Assembly: GCA_964467535.1 (NCBI GenBank)
Contig: CAYXRT010000008.1
Span: 3,932-67,931, forward strand
Direction: 5' to 3'
Origin: an uncultured Desulfurococcales archaeon
Lineage (GTDB): Archaea > Thermoproteota > Thermoprotei_A > Sulfolobales > WANQ01
DNA: 64,000 bases
The translations under genes and the position numbers were made by a program. Shown one piece after another: positions 16,399 through 26,201 of this stretch. The notes beneath the pieces were generated by a model, which did not search any database, was not told the origin of the DNA, and saw only the letters and a program-made list of their open reading frames with translations. Numbering within the stretch: position 1 is the first letter of the stretch; each line of letters begins with the position of its first letter.

Positions 16399-16815
16399 TT
16401 AGATTAGTAATAAAATACGAATGTATCACCTATTCAAGTTCTTCTCCCCTCACGTATATTCACCAAAATCAATACTTATGACATACTTCATTAATCATAT
16501 TCAATGACCAAAAACTAAGAGAGCATGAAGAAATTAAAGTTCCTGACAGCAATCTCTTGAAGAAGACCACTTTTAAAGCCTTAGAAGGCTATGAACTATT
16601 TATTTTGTTTTAGCAATAGAGTTTAAACTTTAGCAAACTCAGTAGGATAATATTCAGGCCCATGATAAGTCTAACAGTATTCACAAGCAGGATCGAATTA
16701 CACATGCTCTAACTAAATTTAGTTGATTTATAAATAAAGATGACAATTAAGGTTTATATATCGTGTTTAAAAGTGTTTACCGATAGCTGTAGAAGAAGGT
16801 GAGAGGTTAAACAAT

Positions 16816-17265
16816 ATGTCATCAGAGTTTAAGTACATAGTAAGGATTGCGGGAACAGATATAGATGGAAGGCTAAAAGTACCTTACGGTCTAGCTGTTA
16901 TTAAGGGCATAGGAGTAAATTTAGCTTATGCTATATGTAGGAGCTTAAATATAGATACTGAAAAAAGAATAGGCTTTTTGACAGATGCTGAAATTAAGAA
17001 AATAGAATCAACATTGGAAAACTTGAATAAGTTAAACTTACCCTCGTGGATTATGAATAGAAGAAAAGACTATGAATCAGGTGAAGATAAACACCTCATA
17101 GGTGCAGATCTAATTTATGTAGTTAGACAAGATATTGAAAGAGAAAAGAGAATTAAGAGTTGGAGAGGAATAAGACACGCATTAGGCTTAAAGGTTCGTG
17201 GACAAAGGACGAGAACAACAGGTCGTACTGGTATAACAGTTGGAGTTAAGAAGAGGAAGAAGTAA
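16816..17265 (+). CDS. rps13: Ribosomal protein S13 (uS13)
   Basis: 149 aa; '[11 protein letters not shown]' and '[22 protein letters not shown]'. Confidence 0.95.
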   Translation: MSSEFKYIVRIAGTDIDGRLKVPYGLAVIKGIGVNLAYAICRSLNIDTEKRIGFLTDAEIKKIESTLENLNKLNLPSWIMNRRKDYESGEDKHLIGADLIYVVRQDIEREKRIKSWRGIRHALGLKVRGQRTRTTGRTGITVGVKKRKK

Positions 17266-17279
17266 AAAGGTGAATAATT

Positions 17280-17804
17280 ATGGGTGATCCAAAAAAGCCT
17301 AGAAAAACATGGGAAGGGCCTAGACATCCCTGGAGAAAGGAGATATTACTCCAAGAAATGGAGCTTATGGGTAAATATGGATTAAGAAATAAACGTGAAT
17401 TATGGAAAGCTAAATCAATACTTAGAAGGATAAGACATAGAGCTCGATCATTACTTGCATTACCTGAAGAAATTAGAGAAAAAGCTGAAAAACAATTACT
17501 AAAAAGACTTTACGACATGGGGCTACTACCCGAAAATGCTACATTGGATGACGCGCTTAAACTTACAGTAGAAGATATACTTGAGCGCAGATTACAAACT
17601 ATGGTATATAAGAAAGGCCTTGCAAAAACAATCTACCAGGCAAGGCAGCTTATCGTACATGGTCATATAGCGATAAATGGTCGTAGAGTTAATGCTCCAG
17701 GTTATTTAGTAAAGAGATATGAAGAAGATTTAATAGACTATGCTCCTACAAGTTCTTTCTACCTCAAAAGACAGCAAGAGCAAGCAGCCATATCACGTTC
17801 TTAA
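17280..17804 (+). CDS. rps4: Ribosomal protein S4 (uS4)
   Basis: 174 aa; '[18 protein letters not shown]' and S4 domain '[35 protein letters not shown]'. Confidence 0.95.
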   Translation: MGDPKKPRKTWEGPRHPWRKEILLQEMELMGKYGLRNKRELWKAKSILRRIRHRARSLLALPEEIREKAEKQLLKRLYDMGLLPENATLDDALKLTVEDILERRLQTMVYKKGLAKTIYQARQLIVHGHIAINGRRVNAPGYLVKRYEEDLIDYAPTSSFYLKRQQEQAAISRS

Positions 17805-17829
17805 CTAATATTATGAAGAGGTGTATACT

Positions 17830-18231
17830 ATGGCCCTTCACGCACGTGAATTGAAGTGGGGTGTTGCTCATATATATAGTTCATTAAACAATACAATAGT
17901 ACATATAACAGATCTTACAGGCGCAGAAACCGTATCAAGGGCATCTGGAGGAATGGTAGTTAAAGCCGATAGAGAAAAACCATCACCTTATGCGGCAATG
18001 TTAGCCGCAAATAAAGCTGCTCAACAAGCAATGGAGAGGGGAATTGTAGCAATACATATAAAAGTAAGAGCACCTGGAGGTCATGGCCCAAAGACTCCAG
18101 GTCCAGGAGCACAAGCAGCTATCAGAGCATTAGCTAGAGCAGGCTTCATAATAGGTAGAATAGAAGACGTAACACCAATACCACATGATAGTACCCGAAG
18201 GCCTGGTGGAAGACGTGGTAGAAGAGTCTAA
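17830..18231 (+). CDS. rps11: Ribosomal protein S11 (uS11)
   Basis: '[25 protein letters not shown]' and '[15 protein letters not shown]'. ATG 17830 is preferred; the ORF track starts at GTG 17821. Confidence 0.95.
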   Translation: MALHARELKWGVAHIYSSLNNTIVHITDLTGAETVSRASGGMVVKADREKPSPYAAMLAANKAAQQAMERGIVAIHIKVRAPGGHGPKTPGPGAQAAIRALARAGFIIGRIEDVTPIPHDSTRRPGGRRGRRV

Positions 18232-19057
18232 GATCTCAACAAAAATAATAGAGAAGAAGAATTTATTCATAAAGATTCTTCTTGAAGGATATCCTCTTCC
18301 CTTCGTAAATGCTATAAGGAGAATCTGTATATCTGAAGTACCAACAATGGCTGTTGATTATGTATACTTTTTAGAAAATACGAGTCCATTATATGATGAA
18401 ATTATAGCTCATAGGTTAGGATTAATACCATTAACATCAGATGAAGCATTAGATAAGTATGGTAAACCCGAGGAATGTGCTGAAAGAGAAGATAAACCTA
18501 ACTGTTATGCAAAGCTGTTTCTTGAAGCTCAGGCAGAGGAAGAACCAAAAGTAATATACTCAGGAGATCTAGTATCCGATGATCCTGATGTAGTACCCGT
18601 ATACAAGAATATACCAATAGTAATGCTAGGTCCCGGACAAAAAATATCCCTTGAAGCAAGAGCTAGACTAGGTAGAGGAAAAGAACATGCTAAATGGTCT
18701 CCAACATCAGTAGCAGTACATAAATACATACCAATACTAGAATTTAAGGAATTTCTATGCAAAGGTAAAGAATGTAGCGCATGCATTGAAGTATGCCCTA
18801 AAAAAGTGCTTAAATTCAAAGACAATGAAATAATATTAGAGGACCCCCTTAAATGCAATCTATGTAGAGAATGCGTTATAAAATGTCCCGTAAATGCTTT
18901 AAAGATATCATGGCATAAGGACAAGTTTTTATTGCATATAGAGTCTACAGGTGCATTAAAACCTGAACACATATTAATTGAAGCATCAAAGATACTAGAA
19001 GAAAAAGTACAAAAACTGTTAGAAGATATAGAAAAGGCATTAGGTGAATATAAGTGA
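18185..19057 (+). CDS. rpoD: DNA-directed RNA polymerase subunit D (Rpo3) with ferredoxin-like Cys-rich domain
   Basis: '[22 protein letters not shown]', plus '[14 protein letters not shown]' and '[12 protein letters not shown]'. The start is uncertain: ATG 18185 overlaps rps11 by 47 nt, and an in-frame GTG near 18214 is also possible. Confidence 0.9.
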   Translation: MIVPEGLVEDVVEESKISTKIIEKKNLFIKILLEGYPLPFVNAIRRICISEVPTMAVDYVYFLENTSPLYDEIIAHRLGLIPLTSDEALDKYGKPEECAEREDKPNCYAKLFLEAQAEEEPKVIYSGDLVSDDPDVVPVYKNIPIVMLGPGQKISLEARARLGRGKEHAKWSPTSVAVHKYIPILEFKEFLCKGKECSACIEVCPKKVLKFKDNEIILEDPLKCNLCRECVIKCPVNALKISWHKDKFLLHIESTGALKPEHILIEASKILEEKVQKLLEDIEKALGEYK

Positions 19058-19416
19058 AGAGGACAGGGCCAACCAATATACTGATAAGGAAAACTATTAG
19101 ACAGTTAATTAAGTATTCAAGAGAATATAATGCACCTATATGGAAGGATATTGCAGAAAGACTTAGTAAGCCTGCAAGGCTTAGAGCCGAAGTGAATGTA
19201 AGTAGGATAAATAGATATACAAAACCAGGCGATATAGTAATTGTTCCAGGTAAAGTCTTAGGTGCTGGTAAAATAGACCATCCAGTAACTGTCGCAGCAA
19301 TAGCATTTTCAGAATCAGCTATTAAGAAAATAAAAGAAGCTGGCGGAAGAGTCCTACACATATTGCAGTTAATTCAAGAAAACCCTAGAGGTAGGAATGT
19401 AAAAATCATGGAATAA
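19054..19416 (+). CDS. rpl18e: Ribosomal protein L18e
   Basis: 120 aa; '[16 protein letters not shown]' and '[26 protein letters not shown]'; GTG start overlaps the rpoD stop (GTGA). Confidence 0.9.
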   Translation: MKRTGPTNILIRKTIRQLIKYSREYNAPIWKDIAERLSKPARLRAEVNVSRINRYTKPGDIVIVPGKVLGAGKIDHPVTVAAIAFSESAIKKIKEAGGRVLHILQLIQENPRGRNVKIME

Positions 19417-19424
19417 AGGTTGGT

Positions 19425-19886
19425 ATGATGTCTTCACATCCTCCAGAAATAGTAATTGATGCAACGAATTTAGTATTGGGAAGACTTGCAAGCATAGTAG
19501 CTAAAAAACTATTAATGGGATATAGAGTTGTAATTGTTAATGCTGAGAAAGCTGTTGTAAGTGGTAATCCTAAAATGGTTATAGAATCATATAAGTTATT
19601 ATTCGGGGTTTCAACACTAAGAAATCCGTATAAATCAGGTATAAGAAGACCTAGAACACCATCAAGAATCGTAAAAGCAGCAATAAGAGGAATGCTTCCA
19701 AGAGATACTCCTAGGGGAAGAGAAGCATTGAGAAGACTAAGAGTATACATAGGTGTTCCAAAAGAGTATAAAAATAAGGAGCTACAAACAATACCTGAAA
19801 TTTCAGTCACTAGACTTAGAGGAAAATACATTACTGTAGAGGAAATAGCGAAACAAATGGGTTGGAGACCAAGGGTGGTCAAGTAA
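19425..19886 (+). CDS. rpl13: Ribosomal protein L13 (uL13)
   Basis: 153 aa; 'IDATNLVLGRLASIVAKKLL' and 'AIRGMLPRDTPRGREALRRLRVY'. Confidence 0.95.
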   Translation: MMSSHPPEIVIDATNLVLGRLASIVAKKLLMGYRVVIVNAEKAVVSGNPKMVIESYKLLFGVSTLRNPYKSGIRRPRTPSRIVKAAIRGMLPRDTPRGREALRRLRVYIGVPKEYKNKELQTIPEISVTRLRGKYITVEEIAKQMGWRPRVVK

Positions 19887-20287
19887 TGAAAATAGTCATA
19901 TCTACGGGTAAAAGAAAAACAGCAATAGCAAGAGCTGTGATAAGACCAGGCAAGGGTAGAGTATGGATAAATGGCGTGCCAATAGAAATATGGCCCATAG
20001 AGATGGCTAAATGGAAAATGCTTGAACCACTACTGCTAGCAGGACGTAAGCTTTGGGAAAGCGTAGACATTAAAGTAAACGTTCAAGGAGGAGGAGTAAT
20101 GAGTCAAGCAGATGCAGTTAGAATGGCAATAGCTAGAGGGCTTATAGAATACTTTGGAAGTGAGGAGCTAAAGAAGATATACTTGGAATATGATAGATAT
20201 ATGCTCAGTGGAGACCCTCGTAGAACTGAGCAAGAAAAATATATGAGAAGAAGCGCTAGAAGAAGATGGCAAAAGTCGTATAGATGA
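19886..20287 (+). CDS. rps9: Ribosomal protein S9 (uS9)
   Basis: 'GKRKTAIARAVIRPGKGRVWING' and C-terminal 'RRRWQKSYR'. The ATG overlaps the rpl13 stop (TAATG); the ORF track starts further upstream at 19862. Confidence 0.95.
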   Translation: MKIVISTGKRKTAIARAVIRPGKGRVWINGVPIEIWPIEMAKWKMLEPLLLAGRKLWESVDIKVNVQGGGVMSQADAVRMAIARGLIEYFGSEELKKIYLEYDRYMLSGDPRRTEQEKYMRRSARRRWQKSYR

Positions 20288-20299
20288 GGTGGTATATTA

Positions 20300-20500
20300 T
20301 TGATAATCCCCGTAAGATGCTTTACATGTGGGGCGCCCATAGGGGATAAGTGGGAGGAATTTTATAAAAGAGTGAAGAATGGTGAAGACCCGGAGAAAGT
20401 ACTTAATGAGCTTGGGGTAAAAAGGTATTGTTGTAGGAGAATGCTTATTTCACATATAAATCTAATAGAAGAAGTACTTCATTACACAAGACCCATATAA
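20300..20500 (+). CDS. rpoN: DNA-directed RNA polymerase subunit N (Rpo10)
   Basis: 66 aa; '[21 protein letters not shown]...YCCRRM'; TTG start. Confidence 0.95.
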   Translation: MIIPVRCFTCGAPIGDKWEEFYKRVKNGEDPEKVLNELGVKRYCCRRMLISHINLIEEVLHYTRPI

Positions 20501-20515
20501 CCTAGGTCGATAAAA

Positions 20516-21139
20516 GTGAGTTCACAAGCAGGTAAAACAGTTGAATTACTCGTCCCCCTAGACAAGTATCTAGTAGCTGGTGTACACATAGGAACACATA
20601 TATGTACGAAGTACATGGAGGAGTTCGTATATAGAGTTAGACCTGATGGATTATACATTCTTGATGTAAGTAAAATTGATGAGAGACTAAGAATAGCTGC
20701 CAAGTTCATTGCAAGATTTGAACCAGCTAAGATAGTTGCTGTATCAGCACGCCAATATGGTCAGAAACCTGTTCAGCAATTCTGCAGGTTTACAGGCTGT
20801 AAACCAATAGTTGGAAGGTTCATACCAGGAACATTCACCAACCCAAGACTAGAATGGTATCTTGAACCAGATGTAGTAATAGTAACAGATCCACGAGCAG
20901 ATTCCCAAGCAGTTATTGAGGCTGCGGAAGTAGGGATACCAGTAGTTGCATTTGCTGATACAGATAATAGAACAGAGTATCTCGATCTAATAATACCAGC
21001 TAATAATAAGGGAAGAAAATCACTAGCATTACTCTACTGGCTTCTAGCAAGACAAGTCTTGAGGGAAAGAGGAGAATTAAAACCAACAGAAGATCTACCA
21101 GTACCTGTAGAAGAATTTGAAGCAAAGGTGAGAAGATGA
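20516..21139 (+). CDS. rps2: Ribosomal protein S2 (uS2)
   Basis: 207 aa; '[11 protein letters not shown]', 'DGLYILDV' and '[10 protein letters not shown]'. Confidence 0.95.
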   Translation: MSSQAGKTVELLVPLDKYLVAGVHIGTHICTKYMEEFVYRVRPDGLYILDVSKIDERLRIAAKFIARFEPAKIVAVSARQYGQKPVQQFCRFTGCKPIVGRFIPGTFTNPRLEWYLEPDVVIVTDPRADSQAVIEAAEVGIPVVAFADTDNRTEYLDLIIPANNKGRKSLALLYWLLARQVLRERGELKPTEDLPVPVEEFEAKVRR

Positions 21140-21987
21140 AACGCTATCCAACAGTCGCAGGATCATTTTATGAATACGATCCTGAAAAACTTAAGAAGCA
21201 GATTGAATGGGCGTTTACTCATAAACTAGGACCAGGAAAACTACCTCAATTAAATATTGAAAGAAGAAAAGAAACTTTAGGAGTAATAGTACCGCATGCG
21301 GGATACATGTATAGCGGACCTATAGCAGCTCACGCATATCTTAAGCTAGCTGAGGAAGGTCTTCCTGAAACAATAATATTAATAGGACCTAATCATACGG
21401 GCTACGGCTCAGCTATTTCAGTAATGACTAAAGGGTCCTGGGTAACACCACTAGGGGAAGTAGAGATAGATGAAGAAATGGCAAAAATCATAGTTAAGGA
21501 ATCAGGTATAGCAGCACCAGATGAAAAAGCACATATTTATGAACATTCAAATGAAGTACAACTCCCATTCTTACAATACATATATGGAAGCAGATTCAAA
21601 ATAGTCCCTATAACATTAATGCTTCAGACCCCGGAAGTGGCAAAGGACATCGCAAAAGCCATACATAAAGCTTGGTCCCACATAGGAAGAGATTTAATAA
21701 TAGTGGCAACAACAGACTTCACCCACTATGAACCCCACTCAATAGCTACGAGAAAAGACAAATTGATAATAGATAAAATAATAAAACTTGATAGTGAAGG
21801 CCTATATAAAACCATAGAAGAATATAATGTGTCAATGTGTGGTCCAGGACCTGTAATGACGTTAATAGAATTAGCAAAGTTCACCAACGCTAAGAATGTA
21901 ATTTTACTAGCATACGCTACTTCAGGAGATATAACAGGAGACAAATCAGCTGTTGTAGGCTATGCTTCAATTCAATTCAAATACTAA
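21136..21987 (+). CDS. MEMO1-family protein (AmmeMemoRadiSam system protein B-like)
   Basis: 283 aa; '[20 protein letters not shown]', '[17 protein letters not shown]' and 'GPNHTG'; conserved position after rps2. Confidence 0.85.
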   Translation: MKRYPTVAGSFYEYDPEKLKKQIEWAFTHKLGPGKLPQLNIERRKETLGVIVPHAGYMYSGPIAAHAYLKLAEEGLPETIILIGPNHTGYGSAISVMTKGSWVTPLGEVEIDEEMAKIIVKESGIAAPDEKAHIYEHSNEVQLPFLQYIYGSRFKIVPITLMLQTPEVAKDIAKAIHKAWSHIGRDLIIVATTDFTHYEPHSIATRKDKLIIDKIIKLDSEGLYKTIEEYNVSMCGPGPVMTLIELAKFTNAKNVILLAYATSGDITGDKSAVVGYASIQFKY

Positions 21988-22006
21988 TTCATAAAGGATT
22001 CCATCT

Positions 22007-22798
22007 TTGAAAATTCATCCAGCATTACCACTTCTCGGAATACCAATTAAAGACCGAATAAATCCTATTCTTATAGTATTACTGCCTAAGGAAATAAATA
22101 TAAATATAAAAACCATTAATAACACTATAATCCTAGCTCTCAAAGAACCCATTATCGACTCCTACTGCTTACAGATAATCGAAGAATCACTCACAGATTT
22201 CATGGAGGCATCAGAATTAAAATTAAGCCTCCAACTAAAGACCATTAATCAGAAACCTAAGCTTCCATGTATTTCCATATACTCAGCTCTAACATATGCA
22301 TTAGCATCAGAACTAAGCAATTTCTACGGTGTGGGAGTTAAGGACATACTAAATGCCATAAGTGATATAGAAGAGGTGCATTTTAATAAAGTATACATGC
22401 AGTTCATAAATGCATGTAGACAGGGAATAGTGGCAAACAAGTCTATGGTATATCGCTTTGGCGAAGGATATGTGCCTATAAATACGGATATAATCAACAT
22501 AGAATGTCCAGGCGAAATTAAAGAATTCAAAGAAGATCACATAGAGTACCCGGAGTCTATTATGAGCGCCCTAACCCATATATCTGGAGTATTGGTGCTA
22601 GAGGCATACAATGCTTTATTAAACAGTAATATTAAGTATTTCATGGAGCTAATAAGGATTGAAAATGCGTTGTGGTATCTATTATATCATATCAATATAC
22701 CTACAACTAATTATGCTAAGTGGGTTACTGATTTTAATAGAGCTTATCTAATCAAAATACGGTTTACACAAATTGATAATAGTAAAGTTAGGAGGTAG
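22007..22798 (+). CDS. Hypothetical protein in the mevalonate-kinase position of the isoprenoid cluster (no recognisable GHMP motifs)
   Basis: 263-aa ORF with a TTG start, tightly packed between the MEMO-like gene and IPK (26-nt overlap with IPK). At best a degenerate GHMP motif-II-like stretch, 'LPCISIYSALTYALASEL'. Confidence 0.45.
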   Translation: MKIHPALPLLGIPIKDRINPILIVLLPKEININIKTINNTIILALKEPIIDSYCLQIIEESLTDFMEASELKLSLQLKTINQKPKLPCISIYSALTYALASELSNFYGVGVKDILNAISDIEEVHFNKVYMQFINACRQGIVANKSMVYRFGEGYVPINTDIINIECPGEIKEFKEDHIEYPESIMSALTHISGVLVLEAYNALLNSNIKYFMELIRIENALWYLLYHINIPTTNYAKWVTDFNRAYLIKIRFTQIDNSKVRR

Positions 22799-23537
22799 CG
22801 TACTCACAGATAAGACAAAGCCCTTTACAATAAGGTACGCTACGTTAATGAACCTAATAAGCGATATACGAAAATATATCAATGAGACGAAAAATGCAAT
22901 GATAATAGTTCTAGGTGGAGGAAGTTTCGGACACTTTATAGTATCAAAATGTATTGAAGATAAGGGCTTTATCGATGAGTATTGCGCATCTCTTACATCA
23001 AATGTAATGAATGAATTAGCGTTACACATCTCTAGACTTTTCAATATAAGTGGACTTTCTACAATGGTATTTACTACGCACTCAATCTTTACATATGATA
23101 ATTATGAGCTTAAGGGCGATACTAAGATCATAAATCATTACCTAAAGCAGCAAATAGTTCCCATACTCTATGGTGATGTAATACTATATAAAGGCCGATT
23201 CAAAGTCTTATCAGGTGATGAAATATCATGGTATTTAGCTTCTATTCTTAATGCTGATAAATTAATATTTGTAACAGATGTCGATGGAGTATATGACCGG
23301 CATCCAAGATATCCCAATGCACGTCACCTACCCCTGATATCGCTGTCTAAAGATCTAAACAAAATTAGGATAGAAACTAGGGGATATGATGTAACCGGAG
23401 GCATTATAGGGAAACTTAAAATAGGGTTAAGATACCATAGAGGATTTGAAGTTCTTATAATAAATGGATTGATTAAGGGAAATCTCTATAAAGCACTTAT
23501 AGGTGAAAAAATTAAGGCAACTAAAGTAATTCCGTGA
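22773..23537 (+). CDS. Isopentenyl phosphate kinase
   Basis: 254 aa; 'IIVKLGGSVLTDK' and 'VLGGGSFGH' (amino-acid-kinase fold, IPK signature); TTG start. Confidence 0.85.
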   Translation: MIIVKLGGSVLTDKTKPFTIRYATLMNLISDIRKYINETKNAMIIVLGGGSFGHFIVSKCIEDKGFIDEYCASLTSNVMNELALHISRLFNISGLSTMVFTTHSIFTYDNYELKGDTKIINHYLKQQIVPILYGDVILYKGRFKVLSGDEISWYLASILNADKLIFVTDVDGVYDRHPRYPNARHLPLISLSKDLNKIRIETRGYDVTGGIIGKLKIGLRYHRGFEVLIINGLIKGNLYKALIGEKIKATKVIP

Positions 23538-23549
23538 GCGGGAATCTTA

Positions 23550-24671
23550 ATGTCTAAGGAGTCGACCAAGCAAAGAAAATTAGAGCATATAGAGCTTACA
23601 CTCAAGGAAAACGTCGAAACAAAAGCATTCATAACCTTTGATGACGTAAGGTTAATTCATAACGCCTTACCTGAAGCAAATCTTGATGATATAGACACTA
23701 AGGTAAAATTCTTAGGCTATACACTTAATGCACCTCTAATAATATCGGCTATTACAGGCGGGCATCCCGCAACATATAAGATAAATAAGGCAATAGCTGA
23801 GGCCATAAGTGAATTAAAACTAGGAATGGGGGTAGGAAGTCAAAGAGCTGCATTAGAGGAACCATCAGTGAAATATACATTTACAGTAGTTAGAGAAGTA
23901 GCATCAGATAGACCCATCATAGCTAATATAGGTATAGCACAATTGGTCAAAGAATACAATATTGAAAAAATAATCAAGATAATAGATATGGTACAAGCAG
24001 ATGCATTAGCTGTTCACTTAAACCCTGCTCAAGAGTCTTTTCAACCTGAGGGAGATGTCATATTTAAGGGAGCGCTAAAAGCGTTAGAAAAACTAGTAAA
24101 TGAAATAAGTATACCTATAATAATTAAGGAAGTTGGTACAGGACTTTCAAGAGAAGTTGTATATTCACTAGCTGGGATAGGTATCAAATACTTTGATGTA
24201 GCTGGAGCCGGAGGAACTAATTGGATCTTAATTGAACTACTACGTGCAGAAACTGCTGGAAGAGAAGAGGTAAAAAATATAGGTAGACACTTTATTGAAT
24301 GGGGAATACCTACACCGTTATCAATAATTGAAGTATTCTATACCGTACCATACTCATACATAATAGGGAGTGGTGGCATACGTACGGGACTTGATATTGC
24401 AAAAGCATTGGCCTTAGGAGCAGATATTACAGCAATAGCGAAGCCGGCATTAGAAAAAGCTGTGAAAGGAACCCACGAACTAATAGATCTACTTAAAAGG
24501 CTAATTATAGAGCTTAAAATAGCGATGTTCTTATGCGGATGTAACTACACATATGAACTATATAGAGCGCCTATAGTTTTATCAAATAAGTTGATAAAAT
24601 ATTTAGAATATAGGGGTATTGATATTAAGAAATACGAGAGGCTTAGATCCATGAAGAGTAGTATAAGGTAA
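23550..24671 (+). CDS. fni: Isopentenyl-diphosphate delta-isomerase, type 2 (FMN-dependent)
   Basis: 373 aa; 'RKLEHIEL', 'MGVGSQRAAL', 'NPAQE', 'IIKEVGTGLS' and 'DVAGAGGTNW'. Confidence 0.9.
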   Translation: MSKESTKQRKLEHIELTLKENVETKAFITFDDVRLIHNALPEANLDDIDTKVKFLGYTLNAPLIISAITGGHPATYKINKAIAEAISELKLGMGVGSQRAALEEPSVKYTFTVVREVASDRPIIANIGIAQLVKEYNIEKIIKIIDMVQADALAVHLNPAQESFQPEGDVIFKGALKALEKLVNEISIPIIIKEVGTGLSREVVYSLAGIGIKYFDVAGAGGTNWILIELLRAETAGREEVKNIGRHFIEWGIPTPLSIIEVFYTVPYSYIIGSGGIRTGLDIAKALALGADITAIAKPALEKAVKGTHELIDLLKRLIIELKIAMFLCGCNYTYELYRAPIVLSNKLIKYLEYRGIDIKKYERLRSMKSSIR

Positions 24672-24672
24672 G

Positions 24673-25677
24673 GTGAAGTACATGCTTAAGATATTAGAAT
24701 TTGGTAAAAAGGTACGACCATTTATAGATAAATTCATGTTTGAATTACTAAGAGGTAAACCATCGGAACTATATGATGCGGCAAGCCATTTACCTAAAGC
24801 TGGAGGTAAAAGGCTACGACCGGTTCTATTATTAGCTGTAACTAAAGGTGTTGGCGAAAATTGGAAGAAAGCAATACCTGCTGCAGCAGCAATAGAGCTT
24901 CTTCACAACTTCACGTTAGTTCATGACGATATCATGGATAAGGATGAATTTCGTCGCGGTGTACCTACAGTTCATAAAATATGGGGCGAAGACATAGCAA
25001 TACTTGCAGGGGATCTACTCTTCTCTAAAGTATTTGAAGCTGCGTCAAAGCTATTAGACTATGGAGTTGAACCCGATAAAGTAGTTCAAGTAGTTAATAG
25101 GCTATCACAAGCTGCAACCATAGTAGCCGAAGGACAAACATTAGATTTAAGATTTGTAAAAGAAGTATATGTATCAGAAAGGGAATATTTAGATATGATA
25201 GAAAGGAAGACAGCTACTCTCTTTAAAATAGCTGCAGAAATAGGAGCAATCATAGGCAATGCGTCAAGTGAGTGTATAGAAAAAATCAAGGAATACGGGT
25301 TGAACATAGGCATAGCATTTCAGATTAGAGACGATATTCTAGGACTAACAGCTGATGAGAAAAAGCTAGGAAAACCCGTCTATAGTGATTTAAGGGAGGG
25401 TAAAAAGACAATACTAGTAATAAATGCTCTAAGCAAATTACCTGAACACGAAAAACAATTCTTATTGAAAGTACTAGGTAAAACACAGGACATAAATTTA
25501 CTCAAAAAAGCTGCGGAATTAATAATAAGAAGCGGTGCATTAGATTATGCAGAAGAATTAGCCAAACAATATGTTAAGAAAGCCTTAATAAGTCTTGAAC
25601 AATCATGTATTCAAGATAAGGAAGTTTATGAGATGTTAAAGGAACTTGCACTATATATAGTTGAAAGGGAGCGATAA
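24673..25677 (+). CDS. idsA: Geranylgeranyl diphosphate synthase (polyprenyl synthetase family)
   Basis: 334 aa; FARM 'LVHDDIMDKDEFRRG' and SARM 'FQIRDDILG'. GTG start at 24673, with an alternative ATG at 24682. Confidence 0.9.
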   Translation: MKYMLKILEFGKKVRPFIDKFMFELLRGKPSELYDAASHLPKAGGKRLRPVLLLAVTKGVGENWKKAIPAAAAIELLHNFTLVHDDIMDKDEFRRGVPTVHKIWGEDIAILAGDLLFSKVFEAASKLLDYGVEPDKVVQVVNRLSQAATIVAEGQTLDLRFVKEVYVSEREYLDMIERKTATLFKIAAEIGAIIGNASSECIEKIKEYGLNIGIAFQIRDDILGLTADEKKLGKPVYSDLREGKKTILVINALSKLPEHEKQFLLKVLGKTQDINLLKKAAELIIRSGALDYAEELAKQYVKKALISLEQSCIQDKEVYEMLKELALYIVERER

Positions 25678-25781
25678 GCTGACAGGTGGGGTAAATTTCA
25701 ACATATACTTTTCCAAAAATATTTGTAGAAGGCTTCAAAGATAGCGCAGATGAATACGTAGTTGTAGTAAACCATGAAGCC

Positions 25782-26201
25782 ATGCTATTAAGGAAGCCCA
25801 TTAACGTCATTCAAGGTAGAATATTCTCAAAGATCATATACGAACAAGCATTGAGTAAAGTAGTAGACGTATACTCATCAACTATAAAGAGTTCATTTAT
25901 AATACAAACACCTGATAATAAACTACTCTTAGTAGAAAGGAATACTAAAGCAAACTTAATAGACGTTAAGGGATGGAAGATAGCATTACAAGTAAAAGAA
26001 GGAGATGTAGTAAGACCTCGTCAGAGAGTAGCACTAGTATTGACAAAAAAGTATGAAGTAAGAAGTATCAGGAGTAGCTCTAAAGGTGTAGTAGTGTATA
26101 TAGGTTGGGTTTATGAAGAAAGACCAGAGAGATATATAATAGTAGTGGTGAACTCAGATGACATTAGAGAACTTAGACTCCGTAAAAGAGTTAGCACTTA
26201 A
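25782..26201 (+). CDS. Hypothetical protein (possible small beta-barrel, lipoyl-like segment)
   Basis: 139-aa basic ORF; 'VKEGDVVRPRQRVALVLTKKYEVRSIRSSSKGVVVYIG' resembles a barrel-sandwich hybrid motif; overlaps the gltX start by 44 nt. Confidence 0.4.
   Translation: MLLRKPINVIQGRIFSKIIYEQALSKVVDVYSSTIKSSFIIQTPDNKLLLVERNTKANLIDVKGWKIALQVKEGDVVRPRQRVALVLTKKYEVRSIRSSSKGVVVYIGWVYEERPERYIIVVVNSDDIRELRLRKRVST

Noticed and set aside
16214-16429. 71-aa minus-strand ORF overlapping tRNA-Ser.
   Set aside because: It is the reverse complement of a perfect class II tRNA and is Gly/Pro/Ala-rich because of the tRNA's GC content. This is an artefact.
16490-16560. C/D-box-like pattern (AATGACC ... CATGAAGA ... 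CTGA) in the tRNA-Ser downstream spacer.
   Set aside because: Both C and C' boxes deviate at core positions, the spacings are irregular, and the region is AT-rich without a terminal stem. It is compatible with chance.
16310-16815. Integrated mobile element at tRNA-Ser.
   Set aside because: There is no integrase, transposase or viral gene. I found no direct repeat of the tRNA 3' end in the window, and the spacer is only 417 nt. It is kept only as a low-interest scar hypothesis.
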